Assembly (NCBI GenBank): GCA_040901675.1
Contig: JBBDYJ010000022.1
Coordinates: forward strand, 1-33,494
Length of the DNA: 33,494 bases
Origin: Pirellulales bacterium
GTDB lineage: Bacteria; Planctomycetota; Planctomycetia; Pirellulales; JAICIG01
Reading direction: 5' to 3'
Part shown: positions 10,361 to 20,962 of the stretch, one piece after another
Numbering within the stretch: position 1 is the first letter of the stretch
Layout: each line of letters opens with the position of its first letter
The notes under the pieces: model-generated
The model's input: only the letters and a program-made list of their open reading frames with translations
The model's database searches: none
What the model was told of the DNA's origin: nothing
Program-made: the position numbers and the translations under genes

Positions 10361-12039
10361 GCGGGCACTCTCTTTCCGAAATGCTTTTCCAGGCGCTGGC
10401 TGGCCGCGCTGACCTGCTGCCGGGCCTCCTCGGCCCCCATCACGGCCTCTTCCACCAACAGCCGCGCCAATTGCCGCAGGGTGGCCTGCGACAGCCGCCG
10501 ATCGTACAGCAACATCAGCCGGCGCTCAACGAGATCGCCCAGCGTGCGGACCCATTCGTTGCGGATCACCCAGCGGACGAAGGCCTCCGGCAAGTCGGTC
10601 CCCACCACGTTCTGCCGCGATTCGGCAGTGCCCGCCAGCAGGATCCGGGCGGCCCGCGTCCCCACCAGGCGCCACACGGCGCAGGCCTGCTCGGCGCTGA
10701 ACCCCGTCTCGGCGGCCAGCCGGGTGCACTGAGCCGCGACTTCCTGGGGCGCGGCTGGATACCCCTCGGCCCCGGGCAACGGCCGATCGCGGCTGACCGT
10801 CAGGCCGGCCAGCCCGAGCCGAGCACGGATGGCGGCAGCCGTCTCCTCCGCCAACGAGCGGCAGGTTGTCAGCTTACCTCCGATGACGGAATACAGCGGC
10901 ACGGCGCAGTCGGTGTTCGGCTGCAGCCAATGCCGCCGCGTGATACTGGCCGGATCCTCCGCGTGCTGGTAGGGCAATGGCCGCACGCCGCAGTAGTGCA
11001 GGTCGACGTCCTCGGGGCCGAGGTCGACCCCCGGCACGATCGCGTTGACCGTCCGCAGCAGGTAGTCCAGCTCGCCGGGCGTAACCACGGCCGACGCCGG
11101 GTCTCCCTCGAACCGCACGTCGGTGGTGCCGATCAACAACGCGTCGCCGAAGGGGAGCACGAATACCGGCCGCCCGTCGTCGGCCTCGGCATACAGGCCG
11201 GCATCGCCCAGCGCGTCTCGCAGACGCTTGTTGTGCGTGACGATGTGGCTCCCCTGGGTGCCCCCCATCAATCTTGGCGAGGGCACTTCGAGCTCGTTCA
11301 GCGTCAGGTCGACCCAGGCCCCGGTCGCGTTCACGATCGCCGCCGGCTCGAAGGTCGTCGCCGGCGCTGCGTCCGCCGAGCGGTAAACGTCGATACGGCT
11401 GCCGCTCAGCCGGGCATGGTGATAAGTGAACAGCTCGAACGACGCCCCGGCGGCCGCGGCCGCCTGGCGGGCATCTTCGAGCAAGGCCACCACGAAGCGT
11501 TCCGGGTACAGTATCTGCGCGTCGTAGTAGGCGCACATCCAGCGGTATCGCTTGCGGTCGACTTGCACCGCCCTAGGGTCGGAGAGCGGGAACGCCTCGT
11601 GCTTGGGCAGCTCCGGATCGCGGGCGTAGAAGTCGTACAGCCACAACCCGCCTCGGACCAGCCACAGGCCTCGCGGAACTTCAGGCCGCGTGGCGCCGCC
11701 CGAGCGTTTCCAGCCGCTGAATCGCGCGATCGATTTTCCCAGGCCGCCCAGCCGGTTCGACACCGGGATGCACAGTTTCAAGGGGCGCACGAACTGCGGC
11801 GCCAGCCGCAGCAATCGGGTGCGCTCGGCCAGCGACTCGCGGACCAGGTCGAACTCGCCGTATTCGAGGTACCGCAGGCCGCCATGAATCAGCCGCGAGC
11901 TATAGGCCGTGGCCCCGCCGGCCAGGTCCCCCTTGTCGACGACCACCACGTCGACGCCGCCCAGCACGAGCTCGCGCGCCACCGCCGCGCCGTTGATTCC
12001 CGCCCCCAGCACGAGTACCGGCCGCCTGGCGCTGCTCAC
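10357..12039 (-). CDS. glpD: FAD-dependent glycerol-3-phosphate dehydrogenase
   Basis: GAGING FAD motif, [34 protein letters not shown]. Stop overlaps the glpK start. Confidence 0.92.
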
Positions 12040-12050
12040 GCTCGTTGCTG

Positions 12051-12716
12051 CTACTTCTTTTTATTCCAGGTGCGTTCCAGCGCCACGACGTGGGCACGGA
12101 CGCCTTCCAGGTTCGGGTTGAGCCGCAAGGCGCGGCGGAAGCTTTCCAGCGCCAGCCGCGGCTGCTTCAACTCCAGGTAGCACTGTCCCATGCCGGCGGC
12201 CGCCCCGAAGTGATAAGGATTGATCTCCAGCGTCTGCCGGCAGTCGCGGACCGAATCGGCATAGCGGCCCGAGCTGAAATAGGCGATCGCCCGCTGGTTC
12301 CAGGCCTCGGCAAACCAGGGGGCCTCGTCCACCAGCGAGCTGGCCCGGACGATCGCCTCGGCGTAGTGCCCCGCCACGTTCAAGCCGACGACCTTGGCCA
12401 ACTGCAGCCGCTGAACTGCGTTGCCGGCGCGGCACCACAGGGCCCGCAGGCCGTTCTCCGCCAGCGTCCGCACGGCCCGATCTTCGTCGAGCAAGGCCCG
12501 GCCCAACACGGCGTTGCTCTCGTAGTCGGCCAGGATCGCCAAGGCCAGCACGGCGGCCCGGCGCGTCAAGCGCGAGCCGCGGTCGGCCAGCCGCTCGAGC
12601 GTTCCGATCGTGTACGACTCCGACACGCGCTTGGCGAACTGCACGTCGTCCGGATCGACCAGGTACCGCTGGTACATGCACTCGATGAGCGGCAACCGGG
12701 GAACGCTGGCGCTCAT
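12051..12716 (-). CDS. HEAT-repeat plus TPR protein
   Basis: RRAAVLALA...DEDRAVRTLAENGL (HEAT-like) followed by TPR units (AEAWNQRAIAYF, FGAAAGMGQCY, ALRLNP). Confidence 0.85.
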   Translation of the reverse strand: MSASVPRLPLIECMYQRYLVDPDDVQFAKRVSESYTIGTLERLADRGSRLTRRAAVLALAILADYESNAVLGRALLDEDRAVRTLAENGLRALWCRAGNAVQRLQLAKVVGLNVAGHYAEAIVRASSLVDEAPWFAEAWNQRAIAYFSSGRYADSVRDCRQTLEINPYHFGAAAGMGQCYLELKQPRLALESFRRALRLNPNLEGVRAHVVALERTWNKKK

Positions 12717-12985
12717 GGCGAATCGTCTCCGCTGCGCGTTTGCTTCTGCCGCCGACCGGATCAGGCAACGGCCTGGGGTCGCGGGCCAGTTCTAGTGTAA
12801 CCAGACGCGGGCGTTCAACCAGCCATAATTAGAAGAAGGGGGATCTTGGCATTGAAGGGGGAGATCTTGGTACTTGGCCAAGATGCCGAGCCGGAGCACA
12901 AAGTGCAAAGAACAAAACCCTAAGCACGGAGGGAACGAAGACTGGGGCACGCTAACGCTTTGCCCCAGGCACCCGGCGTGTCTGG

Positions 12986-13020
12986 TTCTGCCTTCCTCCT
13001 TCTGCCTTCTGCCTTTCGCC
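12986..13020. repeat. Heptamer tandem repeat (TTCTGCC/TTCCTCC x5)
   Basis: Seen directly; same family as 8834-8868. Confidence 0.85.
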
Positions 13021-13021
13021 G

Positions 13022-13030
13022 TGTTACAAT
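13022..13030 (+). promoter_or_regulatory. Extended -10 element
   Basis: TGtTACAAT about 40 nt upstream of ATG 13071. Confidence 0.5.
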
Positions 13031-13070
13031 CAGTTAGCGAGTTTTTTCACCCTTCCCTTTGGCGAGCCTC

Positions 13071-14204
13071 ATGCCAAGCACGGTCGCCCGCTGCCGGTGG
13101 CGGATTGCGGCAGCAGCCGCCCTGGCTCTTTGGGCTGGCACGCCGCGGCTGCCCGCGGCCGAGCCGGCCGCCTGGCTGACCGGTCCTCAGTTCGAACAGC
13201 AGCGGCTGGCGCCGCTCAGCCTCTCGTGGTCCGAGGTGCCGTTGCGGCAGGGCCTGGCGAACCTTTCCCGCGCCAACCGGATCGCCATCCTGCTCGACCG
13301 CCGCGTCGACCCGGGACAACCGCTTGCGCTGGCGCTCAATGGCGTGCCGCTGGGTGAAGCCTTGGGCCACCTCGCCGACTCGCGCCAGCTCGGGCTTTCG
13401 TGGTTGGGCCCGCTCGCCTACATCGGTCCTCGCCCCAGCACCGAAATCCTGCGAACCGCGGCCGCCGTGCGCGCCCAGGAAGCCGCCGCGCTGCCTGCCG
13501 CCTCGCGAGCCGCCCTCACCGGCAAGCGCGCCTGGCAGTGGCCCGACCTGGCCTCGCCCCGCGACCTGGTTGCCCGCTTGGCGGCCGAGTCCAGCCTGCG
13601 GATCGAGGGGCTCGAACGGATCCCGCACGACCTTTGGGCGGCCGCCGATCTGCCGACTCTTTCGCTGATCGACCGCCTGACGCTCGTCGCCATTCAATTC
13701 GATCTGACCTTCGAGATCGGCGACAACGGACGGCTGATTACGCTGGTGCCGATGGAACCACCCATCACCCTGGTCAAGAGTTACCCGGGCGGCAGCCAGC
13801 CGGCGGCGCTGGCCGAGCGCTGGGCGCGCCGCGCCCCCGCGGCGCGGATCGAGATCTCGGCCGGCAAGCTGGTCGTGAGCGGCCGGCTCGAAGACCACGA
13901 GCTGCTTTCCGCGCCCGCCCCTCGTCCCGCCGGCCGCACTCAGCCCGCGGGCGCCACCCAGGTGCATACCGTCAACGTCCTCGACAAGCCCCTCGGCGGC
14001 GTGCTGCGCCAGATTGCCGCGCAGCTCGAGCTGGAGCTGGTCGTCGATCCGGCAGCCCAGGCCGAGACCAAGGCAGCGCTGGACCGGCGCGTCAGCTTCA
14101 GCGTGCGCGAGGCGTCGATCGACGAGCTGTTCGAGGCCGCCCTCAGGCCCGCCGGTCTGACGTTCCGCCGCGACGGCCGCCGCATCGTAATCCGTCCAGA
14201 ATAG
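13071..14204 (+). CDS. Exported protein with repeated STN/secretin-N-like modules
   Basis: Signal peptide. Modules LSWSEVPLRQGLANLS...ILLDRRVDP...LALNGVPLGEAL and VLDKPLGGVLRQIA...VSFSVREASIDELFEAALRPAGL. Alternative TTG start at 13059. Confidence 0.7.
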   Translation: MPSTVARCRWRIAAAAALALWAGTPRLPAAEPAAWLTGPQFEQQRLAPLSLSWSEVPLRQGLANLSRANRIAILLDRRVDPGQPLALALNGVPLGEALGHLADSRQLGLSWLGPLAYIGPRPSTEILRTAAAVRAQEAAALPAASRAALTGKRAWQWPDLASPRDLVARLAAESSLRIEGLERIPHDLWAAADLPTLSLIDRLTLVAIQFDLTFEIGDNGRLITLVPMEPPITLVKSYPGGSQPAALAERWARRAPAARIEISAGKLVVSGRLEDHELLSAPAPRPAGRTQPAGATQVHTVNVLDKPLGGVLRQIAAQLELELVVDPAAQAETKAALDRRVSFSVREASIDELFEAALRPAGLTFRRDGRRIVIRPE

Positions 14205-14325
14205 AGCCCAAACAGGCCTCGGCGCCGAAGGCGGATCGAGCCGTGTCATGTTTGATTGACAAGCTGGCTCCCCGCCCCCCAGAATGGGAGCTGCAAACTC
14301 GGCATTTTTACCCGGAGGCCCGGCC

Positions 14326-17300
14326 ATGCCCATCGTGGTGAGCTGCCGGTCGTGCGGACACCAGCTCCAAGCCCCAGAGCAACTTGCCGGCCGCGCCGCC
14401 AGGTGTCCCGCCTGTTTGGCGGTGGTGCAGGTTCCGCTGGCATCCCCTCCGGCGGGCGATCCGTTGGTCGCCGCGCCCCAGCCCAATCAAGCCAGCGGGC
14501 CGCCGCCGCCCTGGTCGCAGCCGTCGATCTGGATGCCGCTGGTGGTTGGCGGCGGACTTTGCTTGTTCCTGATGGCGGCCGCGTTGTTGATGTCCGGTTT
14601 GCGCAAGCCGCGCCACGCCGATCCGATCGTCGTGGCTGGAGCCGATGCTCCAGCGGAGCAGCCCGCCGTCCAGCAGGAACCGGCGCCGACGTCGGCGGGT
14701 GAGCCGTCGAGGCCGCTGGACGCTGCGCCGGTCGAACGCCGCCCGACGATCATCGGGCCCAGCGGCCGCCCGGACGAGCCCGACGACTTAGATGATGGCA
14801 CCGCCGGGGTGCAGGCCGGCGATTCGCGGCGCATGACGCCGGTCAGCCCGAAGAACCCGGGCGCCGTCACCATCGCCAGGTGGCATGTCGAGGCGGATCC
14901 GCCCGCGGTGCCGGTCCGCTTCTCGCAGGAAGCGGATATTCGGCTGGGCGTGCCGGGCAAGGTCGGCACCGGTGCCGTGCTCTACCCCTATGTCCCCAGC
15001 CCCATTGTGGCGGTCGGCAACATTACCGCCGGCCGTGAAGCTTGGGACGTCTGGGATCTCAGCTCGATGACCAAGCTGGCCGGCCTCAAGGGACGGTTCC
15101 CTTCGACCACGGTGGCCATCAGCCCCGACGGCGCCTATATCGCGGCCTACGGCGGTTTCGGTTTCGACCGGAAGATCCTGGTGTGGGACGTAAAACGAAA
15201 CAAGGCCCTGGGACAACTCGATGGTCGTCCATCGCGGGAGGTGTTGGCCTTCTCCAGTCCTGACCGGCTCGTGAGCGGCGTCCATGACGACCGGCTGATT
15301 CTGTGGCATCTGCCGTCGGGCCAAGAGGAACGAGAGCTGCCGCTCCCCCCGTTCCACAATGGCAAATCGCTGGCATTCAGTCCGGGGGGGCGCTACCTGA
15401 CTGTTGTGGACGGCGAGCGTCTCCGCTTGTACGAGCTCGACAGCGGGGAAACGGCCGGTGAAATGGTTTTGCCCGATTCTTTCGACACGCGCGGCATCGC
15501 ATTCTCACCGGACGGCACGCAGCTCGCCGGCCTGTTCGATTCACGCGAGGATCAAACGCTCATTGCTTGGGATATGGAGTCGGGCGATGCCGTCGAGACG
15601 ATCCATGTCGGTCCAAGAGGCGCCGGCCGCGAGTACACGGGCCGTGCCCTGGAGTGGTTTCCCGACTGCAATCGCTGGCTGGTATTGGGCCGCACGATCG
15701 TCGACCGCCGCCTCGGCAGAGCCGTTTGGCGGCTGCCGAACAGCGAGTCGACCACCCCGGCCGCGCCGCGCGTCGTGCTCGACGACGAGCGGCTGATGGT
15801 CATCGCAGGTCCGCCTGAGGCCCGCGTGCTCACCGGTTATCAACTGCCGCGGGAAGAGATTGCCGCCGCGGCCAGAGCCGTGGAATCGGGAGGCGAGCTG
15901 GCCGTCACCGGCATGCCGCCGCTCAAGCCCGCCGACTGGTCGACCGCCAGGAAAGTGGCTTTGGACGCCGCGAGCAAGTGGCAGGTGTCGGCCGATCCCC
16001 TACCATCCGCCGAGGCGCTGTTGCCCGCCCAGCCACTGCGGCTCAAGACCGAAGACGGTGTCTTGAAGTCGGTGCGGCTCGCGAGGCCCGACGCCGCTCA
16101 GGCGCTGGTCATGAACGCGGCTCGCGTTCAGACGAGGCCGTCGGGGACCGATTCCCTTTTTCCGCCAGACGGCCCCGATTGGCCGCCCGAGGCCGAGGAC
16201 TTCTTCTCCGGCCTCCCGCCCGAGCTTGCCGCGCGACTGCCGCCGGAGTTGGCGGCCCGGATCGGCGGGGGCCGCCGGCCCGCCGGCGTGGAAACGGAGG
16301 TGCCTTTCTGGTTGGATCGATACGACCTGCGCACCGGCGAGCGGCAGGCCAGTGTCAATATTCCCTTCCGTTGCGAGTTAGTGTCGTTCAGCCCGGACGC
16401 GTCGCACGCCCTGTTGAGGAGCATCGAAGACGAAGACTTCTTCGATCGGCCGGACCGCGTCGACGTGCTGCGCCTGGCCGATGCGAGCTATATCGCGGGC
16501 TGGCGCCCCTACGATCACGAAGCAGCGGAGCACCAGGAAGTGACCTGGGCCGCTTTCGTCAATGCCGATCACGTGCTGACAATGAACCACCAGAAAAAAC
16601 TCGTTCTCTGGAAACTGCCGGAGTGCCAGGCGGTGTACGTGATGGAAGGCGCGGGCCAGCCGGCCCTGACGCCTAACCATAAATACCTGGCGGTGTACGC
16701 CGACAAGGCTTACCGGTTCTTCGATGCGCTCACCGGCGACGCGCGGGGCGAATTGGCTTTCGACTCACCCCCCGCCGCGGCGGCGTTTCACCCCGCGGGC
16801 CGGCGGTTGGCACTGGCCGCATCGGCCGGTTTAGGCAGCCGGATTACCTGCCTCGAACTGGCCAGCGGCAAGGTCGAGCACGAGCTCGTCCTGCCGTCGC
16901 GGCCACGCTCGATGCACTGGTGCGGCAACGATCACTTGCTGATAGATAATGCCGCCCTGGTCGACCTGGGTCTCGGCGCAGTCGTCTGGAGCTACCATCT
17001 GAGCCGAGGCCTGCACGTGGCGGACAGCCCCGATGGGCGGCACTGGTTTGCGGCCGCTCTGCCGTCCGGACCGCGAGGCCTTCACCTGCGGGCCGCCCGA
17101 TTGCCCGAGCCGGGCCTGGCGAGCAAGCTGGCCGGCGCGCGGTTTTGCGTTCAGCCGGGAGCCACGTTGAGCCTTGCAATCACGCTGCCGGTGGTGCCCG
17201 GCAAGCCGAATCTCGCCGACCAGGTGCGGCGAAACGTAACCGAGCAGTTGGCCAAGAAGGGCATCCACGTGGCGGACCGGGCTCCCGTGGTGCTCGAGTT

Positions 17301-17643
17301 GACCATGACGCATGCCCGCACGGGTCAAACACTGGAATACGACGTGCACGGACTGAGTCTCGAGGGCCGCGGCGGAAAGGTCAGGGTCGAGGGCCAGAAA
17401 ATCACCTGCGCGATGGTGGTCGCCGACGGCGGCAAGCCTGTCTGGAAAGCAGAAGCCGTAGTGACCAACGACATCACGTTCTCGAATTTGAACGAGGGTG
17501 AATCGGTCGAGGCACATCTGAACAGGATGATGTGGGAAGCCGCCGCCGGGTATCTTCTGAATCTGCTCCCTCCCACGCGGGTGCTTGCCGGCGCGACCGC
17601 CGCTGGGCTGGACCGCTCGGACCTTGCTGCTCTGGCGCCCTGA
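14326..17643 (+). CDS. Membrane-anchored WD40/beta-propeller protein with N-terminal zinc ribbon (paralogue 1)
   Basis: CRSC...CPAC, one TM, Pro-rich linker, repeated AISPDG/AFSPGG/AFSPDG...WD motifs. GGAGG RBS before ATG 14326. Confidence 0.88.
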   Translation: MPIVVSCRSCGHQLQAPEQLAGRAARCPACLAVVQVPLASPPAGDPLVAAPQPNQASGPPPPWSQPSIWMPLVVGGGLCLFLMAAALLMSGLRKPRHADPIVVAGADAPAEQPAVQQEPAPTSAGEPSRPLDAAPVERRPTIIGPSGRPDEPDDLDDGTAGVQAGDSRRMTPVSPKNPGAVTIARWHVEADPPAVPVRFSQEADIRLGVPGKVGTGAVLYPYVPSPIVAVGNITAGREAWDVWDLSSMTKLAGLKGRFPSTTVAISPDGAYIAAYGGFGFDRKILVWDVKRNKALGQLDGRPSREVLAFSSPDRLVSGVHDDRLILWHLPSGQEERELPLPPFHNGKSLAFSPGGRYLTVVDGERLRLYELDSGETAGEMVLPDSFDTRGIAFSPDGTQLAGLFDSREDQTLIAWDMESGDAVETIHVGPRGAGREYTGRALEWFPDCNRWLVLGRTIVDRRLGRAVWRLPNSESTTPAAPRVVLDDERLMVIAGPPEARVLTGYQLPREEIAAAARAVESGGELAVTGMPPLKPADWSTARKVALDAASKWQVSADPLPSAEALLPAQPLRLKTEDGVLKSVRLARPDAAQALVMNAARVQTRPSGTDSLFPPDGPDWPPEAEDFFSGLPPELAARLPPELAARIGGGRRPAGVETEVPFWLDRYDLRTGERQASVNIPFRCELVSFSPDASHALLRSIEDEDFFDRPDRVDVLRLADASYIAGWRPYDHEAAEHQEVTWAAFVNADHVLTMNHQKKLVLWKLPECQAVYVMEGAGQPALTPNHKYLAVYADKAYRFFDALTGDARGELAFDSPPAAAAFHPAGRRLALAASAGLGSRITCLELASGKVEHELVLPSRPRSMHWCGNDHLLIDNAALVDLGLGAVVWSYHLSRGLHVADSPDGRHWFAAALPSGPRGLHLRAARLPEPGLASKLAGARFCVQPGATLSLAITLPVVPGKPNLADQVRRNVTEQLAKKGIHVADRAPVVLELTMTHARTGQTLEYDVHGLSLEGRGGKVRVEGQKITCAMVVADGGKPVWKAEAVVTNDITFSNLNEGESVEAHLNRMMWEAAAGYLLNLLPPTRVLAGATAAGLDRSDLAALAP

Positions 17644-17712
17644 CCGCGTTGCTATTTGGCCCGCCGCCATTCACAATGGTTGGCTGGACCGCCTGTTTTC
17701 GGGGACGCGGCT

Positions 17713-20700
17713 ATGCCCATCGTCGTCGTCTGCCCCTCTTGCGGACATCAACTGCGGGCCGGCAACGAGCTTGCCGGACGGGCCGCGTTGTGCCCGGCCT
17801 GCCGCTCGGTGCTCTCGGTTCCGTCCCAACCCGGCGCGTGGGACCCGTTTGCCACGCCCGCTTCGCCGACCACGCCCAACCGGCTCGATGTCCCGCCGGC
17901 ATCCGGGCCGCAGGCGCGGCATCCGGTTTGGCTCCTGCCGGTTGTTCTTGGCGGTTCTTGCGTCTTCCTGCTGGCGGCGGCCCTTTTGACGTCGAGCCTG
18001 CGGAAGGCAGGGCACGTAGCCGCTGCGCGGGCGGACCAGCCTGGCGCCGCAAAGCGCGATCCCCTTCGACCGGATCTCCGCAGGCCGCAACCCGCCGGCG
18101 CAGCAGCCGGGCAACCGGCCGCCCCACCGGGCTCAGCGGGGCGCGTGGCACCCGCACGCGACCCGGCGCCCATCGTGTGGAAAGTCGAGGTCGATCCGCC
18201 GGCTTCGCCGATTTTGATTGAGCCGCAAGCAGCTATCCGGCTTGTCGCGCCCGGCAAAGTTGGTCTCGGCGCCGTGCTCTACCCGGATGTTCCCAGCTCG
18301 ATCATCGCCCTGGGCAACATCACCGAAATCGGCGGCGGCATGTGGGAGATCTGGGATTTGAGTTCCATGACCCGCTCGGCCAGGCTCAAGGGGCGGCTGC
18401 CTTCAAAGATGGCCGCGATCAGTCCCGATGGCGCTTACGTGGCCGCCGCCACGGGTTTTCCCGAAAACAAGGTCCTCATCTGGGACGTCAAGAGCAACGA
18501 GCCTCTCGGTGAGGTGGAGGTCGGCCCTTTCCCCGAAATCTTGGCCTTTCCCAGCCCCATCCGGCTGGTGACCGGCGGCGACGTGGTCACGTTGTGGCGC
18601 CTGCCCGACGGCGAAGTCGAGCGCGATATCAAGCTGCCGCGGCTTCGCGACCGCGAGGCGCTGGCGTTCAGCCCGGGCGGTCGCTACCTGGCTGTCGCGT
18701 CCGAAAAGACGGTGTGGGTCTACGACCTCGACAGCGGCGGGCTGGTCGGCCAATTGCCCGGAGCGGACGGAAAGGCCGCCGGGATCGCCTTCTCGCCCGA
18801 TGGCCTGGAGCTGGCGGCCCTTTTCGAACGGTTCGACAATGAGAAGGTCATCTGCTGGGACGTCGAATCCGGCCGCGTCGTCGCCGAAGTGGACCTCGGA
18901 TCCGAAGTGACCTCCAGGACGCCTTCCGGCGATTATCGGGGCCGCGCGCTGGAGTGGTTCCCCGACCGCAAGCGCTGGCTGGCCTACGGACGCTTCGTCA
19001 TCGATCGGCGGATCGGCAAAACGGTGTGGAGCCTTCCCAGCGACGCCGTGCCGGCCGGCCCCAGGGTTGTGATCGACGACGAGAGGCTGATGCTGGCCTC
19101 CGGCTCGAACATGGGCGCCCTGACCGCATACAACCTTCCCCAGCAGCAGATTGCGGCGGCCTCCACGGTCATCGAGTCGGGAGGACAACTGGCCGACATA
19201 GGGATGCCCCCGTTGACCGTGGCCGATTGGACGAGTGTTGTGAAGGTTCCGTTGAACGCGGCGGTCGTCTGGCGGGCGGCCCCCGATCCGCTCGCGAGCT
19301 CCGGGCAGCGATTGCTCGCTCGCCCCGTGCCGATCCGGGCGGAGGGCGGTTCAGTCGAGGCCGTCATGGTTGCTCGGGCCGACCTGGCGCAGGCGCTCGT
19401 CATGGTCGCATCCCGCCCGGCCGCTCATGACCGCAAGCATGCCGAAGGGAACCGGGCGGCCGGCATGCCGGTCCGGCTCGATCGCTACGACTTGCGGACG
19501 GGGCGCCGCCGGGGCGCCCTGGAGCTTCCCCACCACGCCGAGCTGGTCTCGCTCAGCCCCGATGGCGCGCAGGCCCTGGTCAGGACCGCCGACGAGACGA
19601 ACCGCTTCAACGTCTTTTCACAACAGGACGACCGGCTCGACGTGTACCGGCTCGACGACTCGGCCCACCTGTGCGGCTGGCGCCCCTATCGCAATCAGCC
19701 GGGCTCGGGCCCGACAGGCGAGTCATGGCATGAGATGAAAGATCAGAAAGTGACCGAGGCCCTGTTTGTGGGTTCGAGCCACGTGCTCACCCTGAACGAG
19801 CCGAAAACGCTGGTGCTGTGGAAGCTGCCGGAGTGCCGTGCCGTCTACATGATGCAGGGCGCCGAGCTTCCAAGCTTAAGCCCCAACCATAAGCACCTGG
19901 CGGTCTATGCGCACAACGGCTACCGCTTCTTCGACTCGCTGACGGGGGAGCCCGTGGGCAACCTGCCGCTGGGCAACCTGCCGCTGGGCTCGCGGGCAGC
20001 CGCGGCCGCTTTCCATCCCGCCGGACGCCGGTTCGCGGTCGTCTCGCCGTTCAATGCAGGCGCGCGGATCTCCTGCTGGGATATTGATCAGGGACAGCTC
20101 GAGCGCGCGTTCCTGGTTCCCCAGCAAGCCCGGCAGGTCGAGTGGTGCGGCGACAGCCACCTCCTGTTGGACAATGCCTGGCTGGTCGACATCGCCTTGG
20201 GCGCGGTGATGTGGAAATACGAGCTCGCGCAGGGGCGGCATCTGCGGCAAAGACCGGACGGCCGCCACTGGTTCGTGAGTGGACCGCCGCCCGGCGGCGG
20301 CCCCAGTTTCCTGCGGGCGGCCACCGTGCCCGGTGCCGCGGAACTCGCCGCGGTGGCGGACGCTCGCCTCTGCGTGGCGCCGGGATCGACGCTCCGCTTG
20401 TCGCTCAAACTGCAGACACCACCGGGCCGACCAGGTTTTACCGAAGAAGTTCGCCAGCGAATTGTCGACCAATTAGCGGAGAGCGGAATCCAGGTTGTCA
20501 CCGGCCAGGCTCCCGTGGTGCTCGAGCTCAGCATGATGCAGGTGCACACGGGCGAAACGCGCGAATACGTGATAAGCCGCTCTGTTGCCGGCATCCGCGG
20601 AAAAACGGTGACCGTGCCGCTCCAACAGGTCGAGTGCCGGATAGTCGTCCTCCACGACGGCAAGCCGGTATGGGAAGGCGGCACCACCTGCACGAACGAA

Positions 20701-20871
20701 GTCTGGAGGGCGAAGCTGGAACAGGGTGAATCGCCCGAGGCCCGCCTGGCCAAAGAAATGTGGGACGCGGCGGCCCGCTACTTCCTGGACCTGGTGCCGC
20801 CCACCCGCGTGTTCGCCGGGGGCAGCGCCGACGGCCTGGGCAGCTCGGATCTGGCGGCCGCGCTGCCGTGA
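17713..20871 (+). CDS. Membrane-anchored WD40/beta-propeller protein with N-terminal zinc ribbon (paralogue 2)
   Basis: Same architecture and collinear blocks with paralogue 1 (MPIVV.C.SCGHQL, GRALEWFPD, LVLWKLPEC, PPTRV.AG). Confidence 0.88.
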   Translation: MPIVVVCPSCGHQLRAGNELAGRAALCPACRSVLSVPSQPGAWDPFATPASPTTPNRLDVPPASGPQARHPVWLLPVVLGGSCVFLLAAALLTSSLRKAGHVAAARADQPGAAKRDPLRPDLRRPQPAGAAAGQPAAPPGSAGRVAPARDPAPIVWKVEVDPPASPILIEPQAAIRLVAPGKVGLGAVLYPDVPSSIIALGNITEIGGGMWEIWDLSSMTRSARLKGRLPSKMAAISPDGAYVAAATGFPENKVLIWDVKSNEPLGEVEVGPFPEILAFPSPIRLVTGGDVVTLWRLPDGEVERDIKLPRLRDREALAFSPGGRYLAVASEKTVWVYDLDSGGLVGQLPGADGKAAGIAFSPDGLELAALFERFDNEKVICWDVESGRVVAEVDLGSEVTSRTPSGDYRGRALEWFPDRKRWLAYGRFVIDRRIGKTVWSLPSDAVPAGPRVVIDDERLMLASGSNMGALTAYNLPQQQIAAASTVIESGGQLADIGMPPLTVADWTSVVKVPLNAAVVWRAAPDPLASSGQRLLARPVPIRAEGGSVEAVMVARADLAQALVMVASRPAAHDRKHAEGNRAAGMPVRLDRYDLRTGRRRGALELPHHAELVSLSPDGAQALVRTADETNRFNVFSQQDDRLDVYRLDDSAHLCGWRPYRNQPGSGPTGESWHEMKDQKVTEALFVGSSHVLTLNEPKTLVLWKLPECRAVYMMQGAELPSLSPNHKHLAVYAHNGYRFFDSLTGEPVGNLPLGNLPLGSRAAAAAFHPAGRRFAVVSPFNAGARISCWDIDQGQLERAFLVPQQARQVEWCGDSHLLLDNAWLVDIALGAVMWKYELAQGRHLRQRPDGRHWFVSGPPPGGGPSFLRAATVPGAAELAAVADARLCVAPGSTLRLSLKLQTPPGRPGFTEEVRQRIVDQLAESGIQVVTGQAPVVLELSMMQVHTGETREYVISRSVAGIRGKTVTVPLQQVECRIVVLHDGKPVWEGGTTCTNEVWRAKLEQGESPEARLAKEMWDAAARYFLDLVPPTRVFAGGSADGLGSSDLAAALP

Positions 20872-20962
20872 GACTGGCTGCCTTGAAACCTGGGCGGAAA
20901 AACCAGGCGGGCCATGCGGCCGGCGCTTGCTTCCAACCGCGCTCGGCCCTTGCCCGGCAGGT

